DNA from: an uncultured Clostridia bacterium
GTDB taxonomy: Bacteria > Bacillota > Clostridia > Christensenellales > UBA1242
Length of the DNA: 52,642 nt
Assembly: GCA_944349615.1 (NCBI GenBank)
Contig: CALVNK010000001.1
Location: forward strand, 1 to 52,642
Direction of reading: 5' to 3'
Made by a program: the position numbers and the translations under genes. The notes under the pieces are model-generated. The model saw nothing but the letters and a program-made list of their open reading frames with translations. It ran no database searches and had not been told where the DNA came from. This document shows, one piece after another, positions 7,958 to 19,500 of this stretch (within the stretch, counting starts at the first letter, position 1; each line of letters starts with the position of its first letter).

Positions 7958-10606
7958 TTGTACTTAAAGCAAATGAAATCTCTTATAAAGGAAAGGCGTG
8001 TGAAAGAATTTTATACAAGGTCAATATCAGATGTTTTAAATGAGTTTGGTGTAAGTCCAAATGGGCTTACTTTATCACAGGTCGAAGAGCGAAAAAAAGA
8101 ATTGCCAAAAGATGAAGTCTATAAAAAATCTAATATCGTTTCAAAGTTTTTCGAACAGTTTTTTGATTTAATGATAATAATCTTGCTTGTTTCATCATTT
8201 ATATCTATTCTTATTGGCATAATAGAAAACACAAGCGAAGAGATCATTGACGGCGTACTTATCTTAATTATCGTACTTATGAATGCAATATTTGGCGTTG
8301 TCCAACAATACAAAGCAGAAAAATCGCTAGAGGCACTTGGCAAGCTCATTATGCCAAAGACTATAGTAATAAGACAAGGCAAGGCTGTCAAGATTTCCAC
8401 TAGTGATCTAGTCCTTGGTGATATAGTAGTGCTGGAAGCAGGTGGCATAGTGCCTGCAGATCTAAGACTTATCGAGAGCGTTCAACTCAAGATTGATGAG
8501 TCAAGTTTGACAGGAGAAAGCCACGCGGTAATCAAAGATTGTCAAAAGGTACTTGACGGCGATACTCTCCTAGGCGAGCGTGTCAATATGGCATACAAAG
8601 GTACGACGGTCAGTTTTGGCAAGGGCAAGGGAGTTGTGAGTGCTATATCAAATCAAACAGAATTTGGCAAGATTGCAAACGCACTAAAGGATAGCGCCAA
8701 AGAGCAAACTCCACTTCAAAAGAGTATTAAAGATGTCGGCAAGGTGCTGACATATCTTGTTTTGATTATAGCAGTGATCACATTCGTTATGGAGATATGT
8801 ATCAATCCGCACAATATCATGGAAGCATTTTTGACGGCGGTTGCCATTGCAGTTGCTGCCATCCCAGAAAGTATGCCGGCAGTGATTACAATCATCATGA
8901 GTCTAGGTGTCAGCCGTCTTGCAAAACAAAAAGCCATAGTAAGACAAATGCATTCGGTGGAAACGCTCGGTTGTTGTGATGTAATTTGTTCAGATAAGAC
9001 TGGTACAATTACACAGAACAAGATGACAGTAAAAGGTTGCTATTATGATGACAAGGTGCAGGGCACAGAGTTTAATAAAAGCATGGCGTTTGCCAAACTT
9101 ACTAAAGCCTGCTTCTATTGCAATGATGCTGTTGAAGGTGAGAAGGGCTTGATCGGCGATCCAACAGAGATTGCTCTTATGAATTTTGCAAAGAAATTCA
9201 ACAAATCTCAATTTACAAAATTGAACGAGTTGCCATTTGATTCTGGCAGAAAACTCATGAGTGTTCTTGTCGATGAAAACGGCAAAACCATGTACACGAA
9301 AGGCGCGCCAGACATCATCTTAGAAAAGTGCGATAGGGTGTTAAAAGACGGTAGAATATTGCCACTTGATAATGCTAGCAAAAATAAAATCTTAAGCGGA
9401 AATGAAAAGATGAGCGGAAAGGCTATGCGGGTACTCGGTTTCGCCTTTAAGCCAAGTTGCGGTGACCGCGACTTCTATGAAGATGGCTTAATCTTTATAG
9501 GGCTTGTTGGTATGATTGATCCGCCTAGACCAGAGATTGAAGAGGCTGTTCAAAAATGCAAGGATGCTGGCATGAAGCCTGTAATGATTACTGGCGACTA
9601 TAGTCAAACCGCCTTTGCGATTGCAAGTGAAATAGGCATTGCTTCTTCAATGAAACAGGTGCTAAGCGGACATGAACTTAAAAAAATGAGCGAAGAAAAA
9701 CTTGCTAAGGTTATTGACCAGTTTACAGTCTTTGCCCGCGTTTCGCCAGAAGATAAGGTACGCATTGTGGAAGCATTTAAAAAGCGCGGTCATGTTGTAG
9801 CCATGACAGGTGATGGCGTCAATGATGCTCCATCAATCAAAAAAGCCAATATCGGTATTGGTATGGGTATAAGTGGAACAGATGTTGCAAAGCAGGCAAG
9901 CGACCTTATAATTACCGACGATAACTTTGCAACCATTGTGATTGCAGTCGAAGAAGGGCGCAAGATCTATGAGAACATTCAAAAGACAGTCAAATTTCTC
10001 TTTTCGGCAAATATGGCAGAGCTCTTTTCGCTGTTTATTGTAACCTTAATCTATCCACAATTTGTTTTCCTGCTCCCTGTGCAAATTCTCTTTGTTAACT
10101 TAATAACCGATTCATTTCCTGCCATTGCACTTGGACTTGAAAACCCTGAAAAAGACCTTATGAAACTTCCGCCGCGCTCCTCTAAGAAAAGTCTATTTGC
10201 AAATGGAATTGGCGTGTCGATAATTGTGCTCGGACTTGTGCAGACAGCCCTTGTCGTCTTGAGTTATGTCCTTGGAATTTGCCTATACGATGACAAGATC
10301 GCAATGACTATGGGCTTTTACACTTTAAATATAATTCAAATGTTTTACCTTGCGTCAATGCGAACCAATGTCAATATCTTCAAATCTAAACCACACAAAA
10401 ACATATTCTTTCTGATTGCAGTAGGCTTCTGTTTCCTGATCGTTATTCTTCTTGCCTTTACTCCTTGCGGAGCACTTTTGCAACTTGAAAAATTGAATCT
10501 CTCGCAGTGGCTAATAATATTTGGACTTTCAATGGCTATGCTTGTGATAAGTGAAATATACAAATTTATAGCAAAGCGAGTTATGAAAAGAATTACAAAA
10601 AAATAA
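7958..10606 (+). CDS. calcium-translocating P-type ATPase (P2A/PMCA-SERCA-like)
   Basis: TGES, DKTGTITQNKM phosphorylation site, MITGD, TGDGVNDAP, 10-TM layout. The true start may be GTG at 8000 (SD AAAGGAAAGG), giving MKEFYTRS... Confidence 0.9.
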   Translation: MYLKQMKSLIKERRVKEFYTRSISDVLNEFGVSPNGLTLSQVEERKKELPKDEVYKKSNIVSKFFEQFFDLMIIILLVSSFISILIGIIENTSEEIIDGVLILIIVLMNAIFGVVQQYKAEKSLEALGKLIMPKTIVIRQGKAVKISTSDLVLGDIVVLEAGGIVPADLRLIESVQLKIDESSLTGESHAVIKDCQKVLDGDTLLGERVNMAYKGTTVSFGKGKGVVSAISNQTEFGKIANALKDSAKEQTPLQKSIKDVGKVLTYLVLIIAVITFVMEICINPHNIMEAFLTAVAIAVAAIPESMPAVITIIMSLGVSRLAKQKAIVRQMHSVETLGCCDVICSDKTGTITQNKMTVKGCYYDDKVQGTEFNKSMAFAKLTKACFYCNDAVEGEKGLIGDPTEIALMNFAKKFNKSQFTKLNELPFDSGRKLMSVLVDENGKTMYTKGAPDIILEKCDRVLKDGRILPLDNASKNKILSGNEKMSGKAMRVLGFAFKPSCGDRDFYEDGLIFIGLVGMIDPPRPEIEEAVQKCKDAGMKPVMITGDYSQTAFAIASEIGIASSMKQVLSGHELKKMSEEKLAKVIDQFTVFARVSPEDKVRIVEAFKKRGHVVAMTGDGVNDAPSIKKANIGIGMGISGTDVAKQASDLIITDDNFATIVIAVEEGRKIYENIQKTVKFLFSANMAELFSLFIVTLIYPQFVFLLPVQILFVNLITDSFPAIALGLENPEKDLMKLPPRSSKKSLFANGIGVSIIVLGLVQTALVVLSYVLGICLYDDKIAMTMGFYTLNIIQMFYLASMRTNVNIFKSKPHKNIFFLIAVGFCFLIVILLAFTPCGALLQLEKLNLSQWLIIFGLSMAMLVISEIYKFIAKRVMKRITKK

Positions 10607-10644
10607 AGTAAAATTTATTTAAAAAAAGTTAAAATTATAAAAAA

Positions 10645-10679
10645 ATCGTCAATATTTAATAAAATTGGCGATTTTTTTT
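10645..10679 (+). terminator. rho-independent terminator
   Basis: ATCGTCAAT / ATTGGCGAT stem (one G-U) followed by a T7 run. Confidence 0.55.
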
Positions 10680-10767
10680 GAAGATGTTCGTTTTTCTAAA
10701 TATCAGAAATAATTTTTATTAATTTTGATTTTGCAAAATACCGCTATTTGTGATATCATATAGATGT

Positions 10768-11712
10768 ATGGAACTGATAGACATAATAAAAGACTCGCTA
10801 GATTTTAAATCGCTATTAAACGAATATCAAAAGGGACTTTTGTCAAAATCAATACTGCTTATAAGTCCTGATGTAGACTATATGCGTGCCTTTGCCAAGG
10901 CGCTTGCTATATTAATAGAAGATGGACAAATCGATAAAAACAGTGCAAATTATAAAAAGATTGAAAATGAACTGCATAGCGATGTTCTATTTTTTCCAAG
11001 CAAAGATAAACTGCTTGTTGCAGACAGCGAAAAGATAGTTGAAGAAAGTTTTGTCAAACCTACTTCTTCGCCAAAAAAAATCTTTATCATATTGTCAATC
11101 GATAATTCTATGGAAAGCGCACAAAACAAACTGCTTAAGACGCTTGAAGAACCGCCAAAGAATGTCTATTTTTTGCTTACCTCTTCACAGATTGAAAAAG
11201 TGCTTCCAACAGTTAGGTCAAGATGCAATAAGATAGCCTTGCAAAAATTAAGTCCAAAACAGTTGAGCCTTATCACAGGTTTTGACGAAAATGACAACAT
11301 TATAAAGGCCAGTGATAATTTATTAACAAATGTCAATCAGTTTGCAAAGATGTCAGATTTTGATGATTTCTTTTCTTGCACAATGGGCGTGCTGAGCGAA
11401 CTTAAAAATACCAAACAGGTGCTTGCTTATTCAAAGAACTTGCAAAGATATCTTGATCGATTTGATATAATTATGAATATCCTATTGCTTGCCGTGGAAG
11501 ATATGATTTTAATTAAAAGTGGAATTGAAGCACAAAATTTGAAAGATGAAAATCTTTTAAAAGTCAGCGAGGAGTACACAATAAAGGCACTTATTGAAAT
11601 TCAAAATTTGATCGATAAAGCAAGCCGTGAAAAAAACTTGAATGTAAGTCCGCTTACAATAATAGAAAATTTACTTTTAAAGATATTGGAGGTTAAATAC
11701 TTATGCAGATAG
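10768..11712 (+). CDS. holB: DNA polymerase III delta-prime subunit
   Basis: LLKTLEEPP and SRC (RSRCNKI) motifs. Conserved position upstream of yaaT. Start taken at ATG 10768; the track ORF begins at 10750. Confidence 0.7.
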   Translation: MELIDIIKDSLDFKSLLNEYQKGLLSKSILLISPDVDYMRAFAKALAILIEDGQIDKNSANYKKIENELHSDVLFFPSKDKLLVADSEKIVEESFVKPTSSPKKIFIILSIDNSMESAQNKLLKTLEEPPKNVYFLLTSSQIEKVLPTVRSRCNKIALQKLSPKQLSLITGFDENDNIIKASDNLLTNVNQFAKMSDFDDFFSCTMGVLSELKNTKQVLAYSKNLQRYLDRFDIIMNILLLAVEDMILIKSGIEAQNLKDENLLKVSEEYTIKALIEIQNLIDKASREKNLNVSPLTIIENLLLKILEVKYLCR

Positions 11713-12530
11713 AGGTTGTGACTGCAAAATTTTTAAACGGAGTCCATGGTTATTATTTCAGCCCAAATGGACTAAATCTTAAGAAAAACGATCTTGTGAT
11801 TGTAGATACCGAAAAGGGCAAGGATATTGCAAGGATTATAAAAGAAAAAGAAGAAATTGATCCACATTCTCTAAGTGAACCGCTAAAAAATGTAATAAAA
11901 CTTGCAGACGAAAAGGAACTTGACTTATATTATCAAAATCAAGAAAAGGCAAAAGCACTTTTGCCAGAGATAAAGGCTCTTGTCAAAAATGAAGGGCTTG
12001 ACATGAAGGTTATAAGTGCAGAGTGTAACTATAACTTTTCTCGACTTACCATCAATTTCACCGCTGAAAACAGAGTTGATTTCCGCGATCTTGTCAAAAA
12101 ACTTGCCGACAATTATAAGGTGCGAATAGATTTGAGACAGATAGGTCCACGTGACACCACGCGTATTTTAGGTGGCTATGGACCTTGCGGACTAGAATGT
12201 TGTTGCCACAAAGGTTTTGGTATCAATGATCATATTTCAATTAAGATGGCAAAAAATCAAGGGCTAAGTTTAAGTCCAAATTCAATAAGTGGTCTTTGCG
12301 GAAAGATGCTTTGCTGTCTTGCCTATGAAAATGAATATTATCAAGAGATAGTAAAAAAGATGCCGAAATTAAATGCTATTGTCCTTTCTAGCGATGGCGA
12401 AGGTAAGGTTATTTATAACGACCTATTGCATCAAACTGTATCTGTTAAGTATCAAACAGAGCAGTCAAGCGAGATCAAAGAGTATACATTGGAAGAATTT
12501 AATTTGCTAAAAAATAAAAGTAAAAATTAA
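11703..12530 (+). CDS. yaaT: PSP1 domain protein (YaaT/RicT family)
   Basis: PSP1 signature with a Cys cluster (GPCGLECCCH, LCGKMLCCLAYE). Overlaps the holB stop. Confidence 0.8.
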   Translation: MQIEVVTAKFLNGVHGYYFSPNGLNLKKNDLVIVDTEKGKDIARIIKEKEEIDPHSLSEPLKNVIKLADEKELDLYYQNQEKAKALLPEIKALVKNEGLDMKVISAECNYNFSRLTINFTAENRVDFRDLVKKLADNYKVRIDLRQIGPRDTTRILGGYGPCGLECCCHKGFGINDHISIKMAKNQGLSLSPNSISGLCGKMLCCLAYENEYYQEIVKKMPKLNAIVLSSDGEGKVIYNDLLHQTVSVKYQTEQSSEIKEYTLEEFNLLKNKSKN

Positions 12531-12627
12531 AAAATTACAGCAAAAATTGACAAAATTCATTAAAAAACCTAAAAATTTGCCAAAAAAAGAAAAAAAACAA
12601 AAAAATTTATTTAATAAGGGATGAATT

Positions 12628-13365
12628 ATGGATGTAACACTTGAAAAGGGAGAGCGAATTGAAGATCTGCAATGCAAGGGGTTAAAGATAATTCAAAATA
12701 AGAATTATTATACCTTTACTTCAGACTCAGTCATTCTTGCAAACTTTATAAATCTTAAGAAAGACGATTTTGCCATTGAGATAGGCACAGGTTGTGGTGT
12801 GATAAGCGTGCTTCTCTCTGCAAAAGTAGATTTCAAAAAGATAGTTGCCTTTGAGTTGCAAGACAAGATGGCACACCTTGCTGAAAAGAATGTCATTTTA
12901 AATGATCTGCAAGATAAAATTCAAATTATAAGTGATGATGCTAAAAATTTCAAAGATTACATAGATTGCTATGCAGATGTTGTTTTTTCAAATCCGCCAT
13001 ATATGCACGAGGGTAGTTTAAATAAAAACGATGTAAAGTCAATTGCTAGGCATGATAGCACCTTGCCACTTTCTGATCTATGTAAGATTGCCTGTCAAAT
13101 GCTAAAATTTGGTGGCAAATTTTATATGACTTTTCCAGCAAGCCGATGTGCAGAAGCCATCCATACCTTGATAGAAAACGGGCTAGAACCCAAACGCATG
13201 TTTTTCACCGAAAACAATAAGCGCGAAATAAAACTTATAGTCATTGAAGCGGTCAAGGGTGCAAGGCATGGAGTGAAAGTACTTCCAAACCTTGTCACAA
13301 ATGACATTGATGGACAATATCTTAAAATTTTACAGACGAGATATTTTTTGAAAAATGAAAAATAA
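12628..13365 (+). CDS. SAM-dependent N6-adenine methyltransferase, tRNA1(Val) m6A37 (YfiC/YabB-like) family
   Basis: Motif I EIGTGCGV and the catalytic NPPY. Conserved holB-yaaT-methyltransferase neighbourhood. Confidence 0.7.
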   Translation: MDVTLEKGERIEDLQCKGLKIIQNKNYYTFTSDSVILANFINLKKDDFAIEIGTGCGVISVLLSAKVDFKKIVAFELQDKMAHLAEKNVILNDLQDKIQIISDDAKNFKDYIDCYADVVFSNPPYMHEGSLNKNDVKSIARHDSTLPLSDLCKIACQMLKFGGKFYMTFPASRCAEAIHTLIENGLEPKRMFFTENNKREIKLIVIEAVKGARHGVKVLPNLVTNDIDGQYLKILQTRYFLKNEK

Positions 13366-13418
13366 ATCTTTTAAATTTTTTTTCAAAATTTTCGGTCAAG
13401 CCCTTTGTCTATAGTTTG

Positions 13419-13441
13419 AAATGCCATAATGGCATTTTTTG
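13419..13441 (+). terminator. rho-independent terminator
   Basis: AAATGCCA-TAA-TGGCATTT followed by TTTTG. Confidence 0.6.
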
Positions 13442-13512
13442 TTGCAATTTTTTGATATGTATTTATTCTAAGATTGTTTGACAAAATTCTATAATATGTT
13501 AAAATATTCTTG

Positions 13513-16500
13513 ATGAAACTAAAGATATTTCAAAACTACGCAATTTTTGATGCTACTTGCGATATGGTTGCCTCTATTGACAATCGCGATAGCGAAATTG
13601 AACATATAGTAGTTGTGCCTGACAAATTTTCATTGCAATGCGAGAAGATGATCCTTGAAAAAATCAAGGATAGTCTTTTTAATGTCAATGTTCTTGGTAT
13701 CAGTCAGGTGGCAGACCGTGCGTTCGAAATGCTTGGTAAAAGTGTAAAGGTCTTGCCATCAAGCGAACTTTTGCTTTTAACGATGAAGGCGATTGAAAAT
13801 GTTCGGGACAAGTTTTCAACTTTTCAAAAAAGTGGAATAAATTTTTGCTATGAGATTTGTAAGATTATAGGTCAGTTAAAAAGTTCACTCATCTCGCCCG
13901 AGGAGTTAGATAGACAAGGAGATGACCTTAGCGGAAAGAAATATCATGATTTAAAACTTATATATGAAGAATATCAAAGATTGTTAAATGAAAACTTTGA
14001 TGAAAACGCACGCCTTAAATTTTTGATCGAACTTTTAAATGAAAGTGACATCTTTAAAAATACATATTTCTATTTTGGCATGTTTGACTCATTTACTCAA
14101 GAAGGCTATAGTTTAATTAGTGCCTTGGTCAAGGCAAGCAAGGGTGTGTCGGTTGCCATAGCAATGCCTATAAGTATAGCAAACGACTATATTTACGAGC
14201 AAGACATATTTAATAAACTGCAAAAGATTGCTTTAGACTATGAATTGCCAGCGGAAGTGATAACTAACTGCTCTGATAAAGAAAGCGTCAAATACTATAT
14301 GGCGTCAAATCTTTTCGGACAGGGAGAAAAAAGCAAAATTAAGAGTGATTTTTATTATAATTTTTCTTCTAGTTCTATCTCCGATCAGGTCAATGCTTGT
14401 GCAAAACTTATCTATAACTTTGTTCATGCGGGCATGAAGTATAGTGATATCAAAATAGTTTTATCAAACGAAAGCGATTTCTCTCTCAATCTTGAAGAAA
14501 CTTTTGCGCGATATGATATTCCTATCTACATCTCTTCATCACTACTTGCCATCGAACTTCCTTTAATAGACCTTGTCATCAAATTTTTGCAGGTTATATA
14601 TTTTAATTATGCAAAGGACAGTCTGCTTGCATTATTTAATCACAGCCTAGTCAGCGCAAGCGAACTTGTCGATCTTGTGCAAGTTTACAATGTGTCAAAT
14701 AAGAGAAAATTTATAAAATACATAAAGGAAAAATTTAAGTTTTCTTTCATTTTTGACGAGCTTGAAAGTTGTCAGTCAGCCAGCGATTATCAGAGTGTAA
14801 TTGAGAAAATTTGCGAGAATTTCATGCAAAAACATGAAAAAATGCTAGAAAAACTTGAAAATTTGTCATATTTAAAAGAAAAACAGATAAATGAGCAGGC
14901 TTATGATATCTTGACAGAAGCCGTCAAATTGATTTCTAAATATAATGATGCGATCGAGCTTGATGAGTACTATAAACAGCTTTCACTTATCTTATCCTTT
15001 AAAAATGTTGAAAGTGTGCCTGCCTTTGTTGACAGTGTGATTGCTGTACAGGCAGAAGAAAACTATGCAGGATCATGCAAAGTGCTCTTTGTTTTAGGGG
15101 GCGAAAATTTGCCGAACGTTCAAAGTGACAGTGGACTTTTAAACGATGATGACATTTTTTCATTTATCCATAAAAAGAAGATTGAGCCGACAATTCGCAT
15201 GATCAATAGGCGAAATCGATTTAAACTCTTCAATCTCTTGCTTTCTCCAACAGAAAAACTGATAACATTCTATAACGCCAGTACCGATGAAGGTAAGAAA
15301 AATGAAGTGCCTGCCTTTATTCAAAGTTTAAGCGATATTTTTGATGCTGAAAATATATCTTCAAATATTTTCAATCTTCAAAATTTAATAAGTCGAGGTT
15401 TGATCGAAAAAGAAAGAGATGTTTTTCTTCTTTCACTTGGCAACAAGAAAAATATAATCAATGAGTACCACAAAAACTTAAGCGATGACCTTAAGACAAA
15501 AATAGGCTGTGAATTTCTAGAGTTTAAGGCGGACAAAAGTTTTATCCAAGATGGAGAAAAGGTGTTCTTTGATAGAGGATATATTTCGCCATCACAACTT
15601 GAAACATTCTTTAATTGTCCTTTCAAACATTTTGCAAGATACGGTCTTCGTATTAATGAAAAAAGCACAAGTGAGTTTTCTTATGCTGATGCTGGAACAA
15701 TTATTCACAAATATTGCGAAGATTATGTAAGAGAAAACATGACAGGAAAAGAGAGTAAAATCGAGCTCTTTGTAGAAAAAAACTTTGAAAGAATAATAAA
15801 GGAATGTGATCTTAAAGAAAAGATAGAAAGCGAAGACGCGAAACGCTCTCTTATCAACTTTTTGAAAAGACAAGCCTATCTTGTTTTAAAAGATGTGAAG
15901 GACGAACTTGACCTATCACTTTTTAAGCCATATAAACTAGAATATAATGTCAAGGCAAAACTTTGTGACAATGTTGATCTTGTTGGAAAGATTGACAGGA
16001 TCGATAAAAGCGATGACTATTTTCGCATTATCGACTATAAATCTGGCAAGGTTGCATCCCCACTTCGAGAGCTTTACTATGGCACAAAACTGCAATTATT
16101 CTTATATAGCGCACTTGTGCAAGAAAAGCTCAAAGCTAGACTTGCGGGAGCAATCTATTTCAATGCAAGAAGTGAATATTTTTCGCCTCGTGATGAAAAA
16201 AAATTATTTAAGGGACTTATTTCAAATGATGAGAGTGTGATAGAGAGGTTTGATAGAAATTTGCATGCTTTTGGCGAGAGTAAAAAGCTTGGCATATCAC
16301 AAGGAAAAAAAGGCTATAGTGGCAGTTTGATTGCCAAGGATGATTTAGAAAAATATCAACAATATTCGCTTAAATTATCAAAAAAAGGGGTAAATCTTGC
16401 AAAAAAAGGATATATTTTGCCAAATCCTATCGATAATACTTGCGAAAATTGTCCTTACAAGGCACTTTGCTTAAATGATTCTAAGTCCTTTAGAAAAAGT

Positions 16501-16557
16501 CAAATTGTAAATAGTTTTAAAGATGTTAAATTAGGGGAAGATGATGAAGCCAACTGA
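13513..16557 (+). CDS. addB: helicase-exonuclease AddAB, subunit B (RexB-like)
   Basis: C-terminal RecB-type nuclease motif GKIDRID...RIIDYKSG, terminal Fe-S cysteines (CENCPYKALC), and overlap with the addA start. Confidence 0.8.
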   Translation: MKLKIFQNYAIFDATCDMVASIDNRDSEIEHIVVVPDKFSLQCEKMILEKIKDSLFNVNVLGISQVADRAFEMLGKSVKVLPSSELLLLTMKAIENVRDKFSTFQKSGINFCYEICKIIGQLKSSLISPEELDRQGDDLSGKKYHDLKLIYEEYQRLLNENFDENARLKFLIELLNESDIFKNTYFYFGMFDSFTQEGYSLISALVKASKGVSVAIAMPISIANDYIYEQDIFNKLQKIALDYELPAEVITNCSDKESVKYYMASNLFGQGEKSKIKSDFYYNFSSSSISDQVNACAKLIYNFVHAGMKYSDIKIVLSNESDFSLNLEETFARYDIPIYISSSLLAIELPLIDLVIKFLQVIYFNYAKDSLLALFNHSLVSASELVDLVQVYNVSNKRKFIKYIKEKFKFSFIFDELESCQSASDYQSVIEKICENFMQKHEKMLEKLENLSYLKEKQINEQAYDILTEAVKLISKYNDAIELDEYYKQLSLILSFKNVESVPAFVDSVIAVQAEENYAGSCKVLFVLGGENLPNVQSDSGLLNDDDIFSFIHKKKIEPTIRMINRRNRFKLFNLLLSPTEKLITFYNASTDEGKKNEVPAFIQSLSDIFDAENISSNIFNLQNLISRGLIEKERDVFLLSLGNKKNIINEYHKNLSDDLKTKIGCEFLEFKADKSFIQDGEKVFFDRGYISPSQLETFFNCPFKHFARYGLRINEKSTSEFSYADAGTIIHKYCEDYVRENMTGKESKIELFVEKNFERIIKECDLKEKIESEDAKRSLINFLKRQAYLVLKDVKDELDLSLFKPYKLEYNVKAKLCDNVDLVGKIDRIDKSDDYFRIIDYKSGKVASPLRELYYGTKLQLFLYSALVQEKLKARLAGAIYFNARSEYFSPRDEKKLFKGLISNDESVIERFDRNLHAFGESKKLGISQGKKGYSGSLIAKDDLEKYQQYSLKLSKKGVNLAKKGYILPNPIDNTCENCPYKALCLNDSKSFRKSQIVNSFKDVKLGEDDEAN

Positions 16558-19500
16558 CGAACAACTCAAAATTCTTTCAAGCGACAAAAAAAACATGATT
16601 GTTTCCGCTTCTGCAGGTAGCGGAAAAACTTTTGTCGTGATTGAATATCTTTTGATGCTTATCACACAGCGCCATGTTCCACTAAATCAAATACTTGTTT
16701 TAACTTTTACCAAAGCTGCGGCAAACGAGATGCGAACGCGTGCATTAAAGGCAATTCAAGCTTCTCCAAAAAGCGAATTCATGACTCGTCAACTTGACGA
16801 GATCTATACTAGCGATATTTCAACAATCGACTCTTTTTGTGAAAAGCTAATAAGACGAAATATAGACAAGTTAAACATAAGTGAAGGCTTTAGTGTGATT
16901 GACGAAAATGTAGCTTCATCTCTAAAAGCCAAAGCCTTTGCAAAGACCATTGAGAAGGTGGCGGATGAAGAATATTTTGATCAAATTTATTTCACATTTA
17001 AAAGAAATAAAGATGAAATTTTTGCACTCCTATCTTCTATGCAGAGCTATCTAGATAGCCAAGATGACAGCGAAGAATTGCTAGACAACGTCGAACAGAA
17101 TATTCTTGAAAACAGCAAAAAGGCAGAAGATTATATAATTGAAAGAATTAAAGGCTTGCAAGCTAAGGCAAATAAGTCGCTTGAAAACATTTTTGAAGTG
17201 GATGAAAAATATTCTGACTTTTATATGCAACTTTTAAATATATCAAAAATTGAAATTGACGGTGATTTTTGCAAGATTTGCAAGGTTTGGAATGATATAG
17301 TAATGCCCTCTTTGCCTCGTTTTAAGACGGATAAAGAGTCTGATAAAGAGAAGATGAAAAAGGCAAGAGATTATTTGTCTCAAATAAAGGGTATCACGCA
17401 AAATTATCTTGACTTAGATAAGGAAAAGTATGATCAGCTTATAAATAATCAAATAGCAAAGAATGTCATCAAAATGTACAGAGTTTATTATGCTTTCTAT
17501 CAAAAATTGAAAGAGGAAAGAGATGGTATAGATTTTGCCGATATTGAAAAGATTACAAGACAGCTTTTGCAAGATGAGGGCATTTTAAAACAATTGCAAG
17601 ATAAGTATAAATATATCTTTATAGACGAATATCAAGATACAAATCCTCTGCAAGAGGCAATTATCAAGCCTATTGCCGAAAAGGGCGCATTTATTGCAGT
17701 GGGCGATCAAAAACAGGGGATTTATGGCTTCCGTAATGCAAGTATGGAAATCATGCAAAAAGATATTGAAAACTTTACGATAGATGATGACAGTGTCGCC
17801 TTGAACTTAACCGGCAATTTTAGAAGTGATGGTCGTGTTCTTGAATTTATCAACTCAATATTTGAAAAGGTCATGACAAAGGAAAGTATGGGCATAGACT
17901 ATAAAAATACATCTATGCTCAAGGGCATGAAAAACTTTGAAAAGGTTTCTTTGCCTTCGGTTAACGTTGATTTAGTCGCTAAGGACACGCAAAAGAGAGA
18001 AAATCTTGAAAGCATCTATGACATAGAAAAAGATTTAGGGATCAATCTATCAAAAAACAAGCGTGAAGTAGATACAATTCTTGCTCGCATTGACGAACTT
18101 TTAAATAGCGAGATCTATGATGGTAAACTTGAAAGAATGAGAAAAGTAAATCAAAGCGATATTGTCGTTCTCTTTAGGTCGCGTGGATCAATCATGAACG
18201 AATGCTACTATGCGCTCATTGAAAAAGGCTTTTCTGCAGTAGCCAACGCCAAACTTTATCTGCTTGATGATTATCATATAAGGGTGGTGCAGAGTTTGCT
18301 TTCGCTTGCCTTAAATTTTAAAAATGACATAGCACTTGCAAGTGTCCTTAATTCTCAATTTGGGCAAATAACCCTGGAGCAGCTTTTGCATATAAAAGGG
18401 CAAGAAAAGTTTTTATATGAAGCAGTACAGAAGAGTGACAATGAAAAGGTTATCAAATTTTTAGCTGATTTTGAAAAACTCAAGTTTGATATGCAAATTT
18501 TTGGTATCAATAAAGCCCTTCGCCTTTATTTTGAAAAAACTTCATACTATGCTTATATCAATTCGCTGGCTGACTCTCAATCAAGACGAGCAAATCTTGA
18601 AAAGTTTTTAAATGTGATATTGTCTAGTGGAAATGATTTTAATTTGCCTAGATTTTTAAGTTATCTAGACGACAATAAAATTCCATGTACAATGGCAGAA
18701 AATAGTGTTGATGCCATAACGCTTACCACCATTCACGCAACTAAAGGGCTTGAATTTCCTATTGTTATCTTGGCGGGCGCGGGCGAGAGTTTAGCGGGTC
18801 AAAATATGCATGGCTTCAATTTTAACAGCACCTTTGGACTAGGTACAAGTATGGTCGACCTTGAAAGTAACATCAAATATCTTTCGCCTATCTATATTGC
18901 AAACAATCTCTATAAAAAGCGAAAAGAGTTTATAGATGAGATCATGATTTTCTATGTTGCGTTGACGCGCACGCAAAATCATCTATATATAATAGGACAA
19001 GCGCAAGAGAAGGATATAGAATTTACTTCAGATATATTTGACAGAAAGAATTATCTTGAAATCATCTTAAATGCACTTGGCGAAAATTTTACTTCGCAAG
19101 TTTTCTCTCAAGGGCAAGTTGAAACCGAAAATTATCGTTTCAGCGTAATCGATGAAGATATGCAATATATTCACGAGCAAAAAAATATAGCAAATGATAA
19201 AAAGATAGAGAGTTTTGATGAAGAAATACAGCAATATATAAACTTTTATTATCCAAACAGCGAAATTTGCAAACTGCCTTTCAAAAATTCTGTAACCGCA
19301 CTTTTGAATTTGAACAAAGATTACAGTGCAAGCGAAAAAGAATATATTTTAAACAACATAGATGATTTTGGAATAGGGCAAGTGACAAATGTTATCAAAG
19401 TATCTAGAGAAGATAGGATAAAACAGGGACTTGCATACCACGAGGCATTAAAGCTTTTAGACTTTGATAAGATTTCTTGTGCTTTAGATTGTCAAAGACA

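Noticed and set aside
8119-9211. Antisense and alternative-frame ORFs inside the P-type ATPase. Similar shadow ORFs occur at 15378-15873, 23398-23754, 35238-35773, 38723-39118, 41326-41977, 46097-46345 and 47282-47569.
   Set aside because: They lie fully within genes that have strong motif support on the other strand or frame. Their translations are low-complexity and lack SD sequences.
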